In this document: positions 7,424-14,395 of the stretch, piece after piece
How positions within the stretch are numbered: the stretch's first letter is position 1
How the letters are laid out: each line of letters starts with the position of its first letter
Assembly (NCBI GenBank): GCA_046581755.1
Contig: JAYGFR010000153.1
Span: 1-14,395, forward strand
DNA: 14,395 nucleotides
From: Nitrospinota bacterium
GTDB taxonomy: Bacteria; UBA8248
Reading direction: 5' to 3'
Translations under genes and position numbers: made by a program
Notes under the pieces: generated by a model
The model's input: only the letters and a program-made list of their open reading frames with translations
Databases searched by the model: none
What the model was told of the DNA's origin: nothing

Positions 7424-8841
7424 TTGCGGGTCTCTCCCCGTTTCGCTCCGCCACTTCTCTCTTGGCGTCCGCCCTTGGGCGGAATCGGGATGAGGGTCGC
7501 AGTCGTCCGGTTTTCCTTGCGGAGGTATTTTTTCGCGACGCGGACGATGTCCGCCGAAGTGACTTTGGCCAGGGAGGGGAGGTAGCCGTCCACCAGCCGC
7601 CAATCACCCGCAATCGCGGCCCGGCCGAGTTGCATGGCGCGGTAGAAATGACTGTCCATCGAAAAAATCGTTTGGGCCTCGATGCTGCGGAGGTTTCGTT
7701 CGAGCTCCTCGCTGGGAACGCCATTACGGATGAGGCGGTCTACTTCCTGAAAGATGGCCTCTTCTACGTCGAAGGCATCCTTGCCCGGGGCGGGCTGCCC
7801 GTAAAGATAGAAGAGCATCGGGTCGACCGAAACGTAGGTGTAGTCTGCCCCGGCCCCCAGCGCGATGGCGTCCTTCCGGACGAGACGCTGGTAGAGACGG
7901 CTGGTCTCGCCGCCACCCAGGATGGACTCGAGCATGATGAGCGCCGGACCGTCCTCGTCCCTCCAGTTCGGGGCATGGTGCGCTGTAGCGAGATAGGGGA
8001 GCTGCGCTTCCTTGCGGACCACCAGCCTCCGCCCGGCGGTCTGGGGCGGTTCGGTCATCTGGGGCCGGCCCTGAAACGGCCGCGAGAGGATGGGCCCGAA
8101 ATGTTTTTCCAGGAGCTGGATGGCCTCGGCCACGTTGAAGTCGCCGACGATGACCGCCGTAGCGTTGCTCGGCGTGTAGTAGCGCCGGTAGAAAGCTTTC
8201 AAATCCTCCAGCGAGTAGGTGTTGATGTCCTCGGCCCAGCCGATGATAGGGTTGCCGTAGGCGTGTTCAGTGAACGAGGAGGCGCGGAGCCGCTCGAAGA
8301 GCATGCCGGTGGGGCTGTCCTCGGTTCGCGAACGACGCTCCTCCATGACGACCTTGCGCTCGGGTTCGAGCTCTTTGCTTTTCAGGACCAGGTTGACCAT
8401 TCGGTCGGCCTCGAGCTCCATGACGAGGCCAAGGCGGTCCGAGGCGATTCGCTCGAAATAGGCCGTGTAGTCGAAGCTCGTGAACGCGTTGTGGGAGCCT
8501 CCGTTCCGCTTGACGATGTTGCTGAACACCTTGGGGCCGTATTTTTTCGTGCCCCGGAACATCATGTGCTCGAGCATGTGGGCGACGCCGGTTTTGCCTT
8601 TGGGCTCGTCCCGGCTTCCCACCCCGTACCAGACCTGAAAAACGATCGAGGGCGCCCGGCGGTCCTGGAGCATGAGCGCCCGCATGCCGTTGGCGAGGCG
8701 GTGTTCGGCCACCTTCCAGGGCACCCGGAGGAGGCCCGATGAATCCGTGGGGCCGCCCGGAATTTCGCCACCCCCCCGGGCCATGGAGGCGGGATAGGCG
8801 GCCAGAAGCAAGACGATGAACACTGCGGCGATTCTTCGCAT
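7420..8841 (-). CDS. M16B family zinc peptidase (pitrilysin/insulinase family), catalytic subunit, exported
   Basis: GVAHMLEHMMFRGT (HxxEH), NAFTSFDYTAY, ERKVVMEERR and YYTPSNA. Signal peptide MRRIAAVFIVLLLAAYPASMA; GAAGGA RBS before ATG 8841. Confidence 0.95.
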   Translation of the reverse strand: MRRIAAVFIVLLLAAYPASMARGGGEIPGGPTDSSGLLRVPWKVAEHRLANGMRALMLQDRRAPSIVFQVWYGVGSRDEPKGKTGVAHMLEHMMFRGTKKYGPKVFSNIVKRNGGSHNAFTSFDYTAYFERIASDRLGLVMELEADRMVNLVLKSKELEPERKVVMEERRSRTEDSPTGMLFERLRASSFTEHAYGNPIIGWAEDINTYSLEDLKAFYRRYYTPSNATAVIVGDFNVAEAIQLLEKHFGPILSRPFQGRPQMTEPPQTAGRRLVVRKEAQLPYLATAHHAPNWRDEDGPALIMLESILGGGETSRLYQRLVRKDAIALGAGADYTYVSVDPMLFYLYGQPAPGKDAFDVEEAIFQEVDRLIRNGVPSEELERNLRSIEAQTIFSMDSHFYRAMQLGRAAIAGDWRLVDGYLPSLAKVTSADIVRVAKKYLRKENRTTATLIPIPPKGGRQERSGGAKRGETRK

Positions 8842-8954
8842 GAATGATCCTTCATAAAGAAGGGAACGCACCGGGCATAACGGCGAAAGGAAGGAAATTT
8901 CATCCCTCGATATTCACCAAAATATGCCGATGGGCGAAAATAGCGGCGAGGAAA

Positions 8955-8983
8955 ATTCTACCCCACTGGCCCGGATTCTCGAA
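8955..8983 (-). promoter_or_regulatory. Putative sigma70-type promoter for the M16 pair
   Basis: Minus strand TTCGAG-N17-TAGAAT in the intergenic region upstream of 8841. Confidence 0.4.
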
Positions 8984-8990
8984 ACGCGGG

Positions 8991-9998
8991 CTAGCCCAAA
9001 AACCCCGCCTTTTCGAGGACGCCGGGGTTGGCCACGTCCCCCGGCCTCCGCCCGGACAGACAATCCACGGTCGCCCGGACCGCATGGCGGACGCAGTTCT
9101 TGCAGGCGTCCTCGCCCACCCCCGCCGCGTGCGGGGTGACGACGACGTTGTCCAGGGCGAATAGGGGATGGGAGGCGTCGGGCGGCTCGTCGGGGAATAC
9201 GTCGATCCCGGCCCCACGGATCCCGCCGGATGAGAGAGCATCCGCCAGCGCGTCGATATCCACGACAGGCCCCCGCGAGGTGTTGAACACAAAGGCGGTG
9301 GGCTTCATGAGTCTCAGCAGGGCGCGGTTGATGATGCCTCGCGTGTCGGGCGTCAGCGGGACATGGCACGAAATATAGTCGGCCCGGCTCACGACCTCTT
9401 CGAGCGGATGGAAATAGACGCCCACCTCGGCGGCGAACCGCTCGTCCTGGACGATGTTGCAGGCGAGGATTTCCATCCCGAAGGCGGCGGCGCGGCGGGC
9501 GACCTGCTTTCCGATGTTTCCGAGACCGATGAGGCCGAGGGTCCTGCCATTGAGGGCAGCCGCGGGGAGGCGGAGGCTGGCCCACTCTCCGGCGCGGATG
9601 CCCTGGTTCGACAGGGGAATTCTCCGGGCGGCGGCGAGGATGAGGCCGAAAGTGTGTTCGGCCACCGACTGGGCGTTCTGGCCGGCGGCGTGGGTGACGA
9701 CGATGCCGTTCTCGGTGGCGGCGTCAATATCGATGGCGTTCAGGCCCACGCCCGTTCGCGCGATGATTTTCAGGTCGGAGGCGGCGGCCATGACGCGGGC
9801 CGTGTATAGGTCTCCGCTCGGCAGGGTGGCGACGACGCCGGGGATTCCCTCGAGCACCTCCTCTTCGCTGAGATGGACCCCCCGGACGTCCAGATTGATT
9901 TCCAGTTCCGCCTCCTCCTCCAGCGGGCGGAGTAGGCGCATCGGGTCATCCAGGCCCCCGAGCCATGTCGTGGTAATCCATGCAATGCCTTTGGCCAC
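8991..9998 (-). CDS. D-isomer-specific 2-hydroxyacid dehydrogenase (phosphoglycerate/glyoxylate reductase-like)
   Basis: ARTGVG, VAEH, GLIGLGNIG Rossmann motif, NTSRG, DVFPDEP and TPHAAG (Arg/Glu/His catalytic residues). GTG start after GAGGGG. Confidence 0.93.
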   Translation of the reverse strand: MAKGIAWITTTWLGGLDDPMRLLRPLEEEAELEINLDVRGVHLSEEEVLEGIPGVVATLPSGDLYTARVMAAASDLKIIARTGVGLNAIDIDAATENGIVVTHAAGQNAQSVAEHTFGLILAAARRIPLSNQGIRAGEWASLRLPAAALNGRTLGLIGLGNIGKQVARRAAAFGMEILACNIVQDERFAAEVGVYFHPLEEVVSRADYISCHVPLTPDTRGIINRALLRLMKPTAFVFNTSRGPVVDIDALADALSSGGIRGAGIDVFPDEPPDASHPLFALDNVVVTPHAAGVGEDACKNCVRHAVRATVDCLSGRRPGDVANPGVLEKAGFLG

Positions 9999-10145
9999 TG
10001 CAAATCCCCTCGATGCCGGTTAGTGTGGCGGCCCGGGCGGGACCGCGTGGCGGGAGCGGAAGAACTCCCGGAAGATTCAGATCGATTCCATTGCCACGAG
10101 GATGCCATAGACGTCCCCTGATCGCCATCGGGGCTGCAGGTATGG

Positions 10146-10820
10146 CTAGAGGCGGCGGAGGATCGCGGCCCGCCGTCCGTCGCACCAGATGAGTTCGAAA
10201 TCGAAGGCTCTGCAAATCCAATCCATCGTCTCCCTCCGGTAGAAGCAAAGATGGGTGAAATCGCGCCGGTAGTGCCAGTTCGACCGAAATGCATTCTCGC
10301 TCCAGAACATCGTCATCACGCCGAGGAGCCCGCCCGTCCTGAGCATGGCGCGAAGGTGCTCGATCTCTTTTCGCGGATGGCGAAAATGCTCGAACGTCTC
10401 GGTCGATGCGATGAAGTCGAATGGGCCGCCGGGCGGATCGGGAAAGTAGAAGGGATCGTAGGGCCGGGTGGCGAATCCGCGCTCTTCCATGATCCGGCAA
10501 AGGACGGGCTCGGGGCCGCACCCAAAATCGAGCCCCCGCGCCCCGGGCGGTAGCCGCCCGGCCAGGGGGGAGGCGAGCGTTTCGAGATGGGACAGGTAGC
10601 CGGCATCGTCCGGCGCGTTTTGGTGCTGGTCGTAGCGGCGGCGCTCCTCGGCGGGCGAGGGCCAGAATTTCTCGGGAACGAACATGAGCCGGCAGGCCGG
10701 GCAGTGGAGATAGGTCCGCCCCTCGCCCTCGTCGAACGGCCTAGCATCCGCCCTATCGCAGAGCGGGCATGGAGGGGTTCTCTCTTGATCGGAAGCCGGG
10801 TCCGGCCCGTCTCGCTGCAT
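10146..10820 (-). CDS. Class I SAM-dependent methyltransferase with N-terminal CxxC...CxxC zinc ribbon
   Basis: CPLC...CPAC, LDFGCGP SAM-binding motif, ETFEH and HYRRDFTHLCFY. Start 10820 preferred; 10874 is possible. Confidence 0.88.
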   Translation of the reverse strand: MQRDGPDPASDQERTPPCPLCDRADARPFDEGEGRTYLHCPACRLMFVPEKFWPSPAEERRRYDQHQNAPDDAGYLSHLETLASPLAGRLPPGARGLDFGCGPEPVLCRIMEERGFATRPYDPFYFPDPPGGPFDFIASTETFEHFRHPRKEIEHLRAMLRTGGLLGVMTMFWSENAFRSNWHYRRDFTHLCFYRRETMDWICRAFDFELIWCDGRRAAILRRL

Positions 10821-10863
10821 GTATTCGCCCCCGCCGGCGGGGCGTACGCCCTCCGCCCTCCGG

Positions 10864-10893
10864 TTGACACCCATCCTGGGATTCCCCTAGCTT
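10864..10893 (+). promoter_or_regulatory. Putative sigma70-type promoter for the SDR-HAD genes
   Basis: Perfect -35 TTGACA (10864-10869), an 18-nt spacer, and -10-like TAGCTT (10888-10893). Confidence 0.5.
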
Positions 10894-10956
10894 AGGCGTC
10901 CATATGATTCGAAAGCCTGAACAATTGCTCCGTATCGATATGGCAAGGAGATATGG

Positions 10957-11721
10957 ATGATTCTGGACAAAATGAAGCTGGACGGCAAAGTGGCGCTCGT
11001 TACCGGGGCGGGTTCGGGTCTGGGCCAGGCGATGGCCGTTGCGCTGGCCGAGGCTGGCGCGGACGTGGCCCTCGCCGGCCGGCGGGCGGATGCTCTTGCG
11101 GAGACCGAAAAAATCATCGCCGGATTGGGCCGGAGGGCGCTCGCCGCCCCGTTGGATGTCTCGAAGCTGGAGGAGGTGAAAAAGGTGGTCGGTGAGATCT
11201 CGCGCGCGCTGGGCCCCATCGATGTGCTGGTCAACGGCGCGGGCGTCTACAACGGTGATGAAACCCTCCAGGTCGCCGAAGAGGAATGGCGGCGTGTCAT
11301 CGACATCAACCTGACGGGGACGTTTTTCTGCTGCCAGGCGGTGGGCGAGGGCATGGTCGGCCGAGGCGGGGGGAGCATCGTCAACGTGGCGACCTTCCTC
11401 GGCGAACGAGGCCAACGCGCCGCGCGGGCCGCCTACAACGCGAGCAAGGGCGGGGTCGCCTCCTTGACGCGTGCCCTCTCGGTCGAGTGGGGCCCGATGG
11501 GGGTGCGTGTAAACTGCATCTCGCCCGGCGCGCACCGCACGCCCATTATGGCGGCGGCCCTTTCGAACCCGGACACGGAAAAATGGCTGAACGAGAAGAC
11601 CGTCCTCGGCCGGATGGGCGAGCCCGAAGACATCGCCGGTCTGTGCGTTTTTCTTGCCTCGGACGCCTCAAGTTACATCTCGGGGGTGAACGTTTATGAA
11701 GACGGGGGCGGCTGGGTCTAG
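10957..11721 (+). CDS. Short-chain dehydrogenase/reductase (classical SDR; gluconate 5-dehydrogenase/FabG-like)
   Basis: Motifs TGAGSGLG, LVNGAG, YNASK (YxxxK), VNCISPG and DGG; AAGGAG RBS. Confidence 0.95.
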   Translation: MILDKMKLDGKVALVTGAGSGLGQAMAVALAEAGADVALAGRRADALAETEKIIAGLGRRALAAPLDVSKLEEVKKVVGEISRALGPIDVLVNGAGVYNGDETLQVAEEEWRRVIDINLTGTFFCCQAVGEGMVGRGGGSIVNVATFLGERGQRAARAAYNASKGGVASLTRALSVEWGPMGVRVNCISPGAHRTPIMAAALSNPDTEKWLNEKTVLGRMGEPEDIAGLCVFLASDASSYISGVNVYEDGGGWV

Positions 11722-11727
11722 CGCGTC

Positions 11728-12432
11728 ATGGTGGAGCTCGGGGCCCTCATCTTCGATTTCGACGGCACGATTGCCGACAGCGAGCCTTATCATCTGGCCG
11801 CCTTCCAGCGGACCTTCTCGGCGGAGTTGGGCCTCGAACTGACCGAAGCCCAATACCGGGATCGGTACCTGGCCTACGACGACAGGATGATGATGCGGAC
11901 ATTCCTGGACGACCGCGATGTGGCGCTATCCCCCGACCGGTTCGGGCGCCTTCTCGATGTCAAGGAAGCGCACTACAAGGATCTGGCACAGGATCCACCC
12001 ATCCTTCCGGGAGTGGCCGATCTGATCCGGGCCGCCTCGGCCAGATGGCCGCTGGCGGTCGCGAGCGGGGCGCTGGAGGCCGAGATTCGCCCCGTGCTCG
12101 CGGGTGCGGAGTTGCTTGAATATTTCGAGACCATCGTATCGGCGGAGATGGTCGAGCGGGGAAAGCCCCATCCCGAGAGTTTTCTCACGGCGCTGGAACG
12201 GCTCAACGGTGGCCGTGCCGATGCCATCCTCCCCGCCGCCTGTCTTGTCTTGGAGGATTCGGTAGCGGGCGTTGGTGCGGGTCGCGCTGCGGGGATGCGG
12301 GTTCTGGCGGTGACCACCAGCTTTCCGAGCGATCAACTCGGAGAGGCCGACCGGGTGGTGGACTCTCTTGAAGAAATCGCGGGCGCGGATGCGCTGGCGG
12401 CCTGGTTTTCATCCCTGTCCGGTTCGTGGTAA
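11728..12432 (+). CDS. HAD-superfamily phosphatase (beta-PGM/CbbY-like, subfamily IA)
   Basis: Motif I FDFDGTIADSE, VASG, GKPHP and LEDS..G. Confidence 0.93.
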   Translation: MVELGALIFDFDGTIADSEPYHLAAFQRTFSAELGLELTEAQYRDRYLAYDDRMMMRTFLDDRDVALSPDRFGRLLDVKEAHYKDLAQDPPILPGVADLIRAASARWPLAVASGALEAEIRPVLAGAELLEYFETIVSAEMVERGKPHPESFLTALERLNGGRADAILPAACLVLEDSVAGVGAGRAAGMRVLAVTTSFPSDQLGEADRVVDSLEEIAGADALAAWFSSLSGSW

Positions 12433-12468
12433 TGATCGCAAGATGTTGTTTATAAAGGATATATTGGT

Positions 12469-13050
12469 ATGGCCATATTGAAGGTGGCGCAGATGGGCCA
12501 CCCGGTCCTCCGGCAGGTCGCCGAGGAGATACCCGCCAAAGCCCTGAAGAGCAGCGATATCAAGGCGTTGGTCGATGATCTGGTGGAAACCATGTCCGAG
12601 TACGCCGGTATCGGACTGGCCGCCCCCCAGGTGCACTTCGGCGTTCGCCTCTTTATCATTCAGCCCGACCCCGGGGACGAGTCCACCCTCCGCGTTGCAG
12701 TGAACCCCGTCCTCACCCCGCTTTCGGAGGAGATGGAAGAGAGCTGGGAGGGATGCCTCTCCCTCCCCGATATACACGGGATGGTGCCCCGCTACATGCG
12801 CATCCGGCTCGACGCGTGGGATGCCTCCGGGGAAAAATACTTGGTCGAGCTCGAGGATTTCGCCGCCCGCGTCGCCCAGCATGAGGCCGACCATCTCGAC
12901 GGCGTTCTCTTCATCGACCGCATGACCAACCTCTCCACCCTTGCCTACGGCGATGAGTGGCGCCGCTACCACGCCCCCCGGCCCGAGCCGAAAGAAGGCG
13001 GGGAGGATGAGGAAGAAGAGGAAATAGAAGAGGGCGGGAAGAGCGGTTAG
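12469..13050 (+). CDS. def: Peptide deformylase
   Basis: All three PDF motifs are present: GIGLAAPQ, EGCLS and QHEADHLDG. Confidence 0.97.
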   Translation: MAILKVAQMGHPVLRQVAEEIPAKALKSSDIKALVDDLVETMSEYAGIGLAAPQVHFGVRLFIIQPDPGDESTLRVAVNPVLTPLSEEMEESWEGCLSLPDIHGMVPRYMRIRLDAWDASGEKYLVELEDFAARVAQHEADHLDGVLFIDRMTNLSTLAYGDEWRRYHAPRPEPKEGGEDEEEEEIEEGGKSG

Positions 13051-13084
13051 GGCGGTCTGTTTGAAACTCGGCGATCACGCATGG

Positions 13085-13130
13085 AAAAAGGCTGCGGGGG
13101 GAATCGCCCTCCACAGCCTTTTGTCGTTTT
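13085..13130. terminator. Bidirectional intrinsic terminator
   Basis: AAAAGGCTG(C)GGGGG...CCCTCC(A)CAGCCTTTT hairpin flanked by A and T tracts. It lies downstream of def and, on the minus strand, immediately downstream of the tRNA fragment. Confidence 0.8.
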
Positions 13131-13154
13131 TGGTGCCAAAGATAGGACTCGAAC
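13131..13154 (-). other. tRNA 3'-end fragment (probably tRNA-Leu); putative att site of an integrated element
   Basis: Minus strand GTTCGAGTCCTATCTTTGGCACCA = T-loop, 3' T-stem, 3' acceptor strand, discriminator A and CCA. The sequence 5' of it cannot form the T-stem or the rest of a cloverleaf. Confidence 0.8.
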
Positions 13155-13474
13155 ATAATTTTGTAAGACTTACATATTCAGTACTTTATGTATATTCTCT
13201 GCGGTCTATTTATCCAGATACCCGCACAATAACCCTCACACCAGTGGCCTCCTGAGGCCCTCCAAGGTCCTCCCCTCACGATGAACTCCCAAACCGCCCC
13301 GTGGGCTAGGGCCGGAGGGGCGAGGCGGCCCTTGAAGGGGAGAGAAGAGGTCCTCTTAGGGTCTGTTTCACTAGCTCCCACCATTTCCGCCGCATCCAGA
13401 GCGCTGGGTAGAGCGGTTAATTGTGGTTTATTATGGCCAGCAATTAAGTGAAGAGACTCCAGAGGGAGGGGCCT

Positions 13475-14395
13475 CCACACATTCTTGGTTCAATTTTCAA
13501 TGGCTCTCAAGACAACGGCATTTTGGCGAAAAAATGTGAGAGAGCATCATTATACCCTGCCGGTCGAATCCCCCCCCTAGGGGATGGACTCTTCCTATTC
13601 CCCCCTCTCGCCCGGTGGTGGAGAACACCCGGTGGGTGAAGCCGCGAAGAGCCCTCTGAGAGTCCATTTTGACCGCCGATTGAAGCTTGAGTTCCGGGGA
13701 ACCACCATCACATCGGACGCTGGTTTGCTCGCTTTCCGGGAACTCGATGACGCCCTCGGGCTGACCAAGTTGGCGGCCTCAAGGCTTACCGAATGCCGCA
13801 AGGGCAAGAACACCCAGCACGCACTCGTCGCTCTCCTTAGGCAATCAATCTTTGGACGGCTTGCCGGTTATGAGGACGTGAATGATGCAGAGCGCCTTCG
13901 GCTCGACCCTGCGATGCGCGCTCTCGTGGACCACGGGGATGCTTCACGATATGCGGCATCGACCAGCGAGATGGCCCGCTTCGAGACCAAACTACTGGCA
14001 ACCGAGGAGAATCTCCAAGCTCTAGGTGGCCTCTCCGGCCTTTGGATCGAGCGGGTCTATGAGCGCACGGCCCTTAAGGATCTGGTTCTCGACATGGACA
14101 GCTCGGAGAGTCCCACCTATGGTCAGCAGGAAGGCTCCATCTTCAATGGTCACTTCAGGTGCACCTGCTACCATCCCTTGTTTGTCTTCAACCAGTTCGG
14201 CGACGTGGAGCGGGCGAGGCTTCGGCCAGGGAACGTTCACAGCTCGAAGGGATGGCGCGAGACCTTGGAGCCGGTGGTGGCGCGCTACCGGGGCCGGAAG
14301 CTGTACCGTTCCTTACGAGCCGATGCAGCCTTCGCAAGACCTGAGATTTACGAGTTTCTGGAGGCTGAAGGGTTCTCCTACACCATCCGCCTACC
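13475..14395 (+). mobile_element. IS1380-family insertion sequence (left end tentative)
   Basis: Transposase as above. Candidate left end CCACACATTC at 13475 (IS1380 ends typically start with CC). The right IR is outside the window, so the end cannot be confirmed. Confidence 0.55.
13632..14395 (+). CDS. IS1380 family transposase (3'-truncated by the window edge)
   Basis: GTG 13632 after GGAGA; open to the window end. Translation includes MGEAAKSPLRVHFDRRLKLEFRGTTITSDAGLL, GYEDVNDAERLRLDP, LVLDMDSSESPTYGQQEG, CYHPL, LRPGNVHS and LRADAAF. Absent from the ORF track because it has no stop in the window. Confidence 0.93.
   Translation, partial: MGEAAKSPLRVHFDRRLKLEFRGTTITSDAGLLAFRELDDALGLTKLAASRLTECRKGKNTQHALVALLRQSIFGRLAGYEDVNDAERLRLDPAMRALVDHGDASRYAASTSEMARFETKLLATEENLQALGGLSGLWIERVYERTALKDLVLDMDSSESPTYGQQEGSIFNGHFRCTCYHPLFVFNQFGDVERARLRPGNVHSSKGWRETLEPVVARYRGRKLYRSLRADAAFARPEIYEFLEAEGFSYTIRL

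Larger units (their letters stand above)
13155..14395. mobile_element. Putative end of a tRNA-integrated genomic island
   Basis: Begins right at the tRNA fragment with an abrupt AT-rich stretch and contains an IS1380-family transposase. The integrase and intact tRNA are not in the window. Confidence 0.6.

Noticed and set aside
10104..10148. Hairpin directly after the methyltransferase TAG as a pyrrolysine/read-through signal or riboswitch
   Set aside because: The methyltransferase domain is already complete, read-through adds only a short featureless extension, and I recognise no riboswitch consensus.
1206..12972. Long alternative-frame or antisense ORFs (e.g. 1206-1805 +, 1960-3012 -, 7387-8742 +, 10753-11535 -, 12409-12972 -)
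   Set aside because: They are shadows of better-supported genes, as expected in high-GC DNA, and show no recognisable motifs.
13131..13220. Complete tRNA gene on the minus strand
   Set aside because: Only the last 24 nt are tRNA-like. There is no 5' T-stem strand, D-arm or 5' acceptor strand.
13061..13639. ORFs 13061-13255 +, 13178-13480 - and 13448-13639 +
   Set aside because: They cross the terminator, att or IS-end sequences, have atypical composition and show no recognisable domains.

Overview
GC-rich bacterial chromosomal window of mixed housekeeping/metabolic genes. In order: a partial CDS, a DUF971/GBBH-N-like protein, RidA, a basic lipoprotein, a divergent LeuC/LeuD-type (aconitase superfamily) hydro-lyase pair, then a minus-strand run (SAM methyltransferase, D-2-hydroxyacid dehydrogenase, two exported M16B peptidase subunits, a second Rid protein, VanZ-like, YqeY, cupin, gamma-glutamylcyclotransferase), followed by SDR, HAD phosphatase and peptide deformylase. 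Two features are missing from the ORF track. (1) A 57-aa ORF (557-730) overlaps the DUF971 stop and has an in-frame TGA in a Cys-Pro-Thr-Sec (CxxU) context followed by a SECIS-like hairpin, making it a candidate selenocysteine microprotein. (2) A 24-nt tRNA 3'-end fragment (13131-13154, minus strand) lies between an intrinsic terminator and an AT-richer segment that leads into an IS1380-family transposase, which suggests the att junction of a tRNA-integrated island extending past the right edge. All calls are from reading the sequence; no database searches were run.
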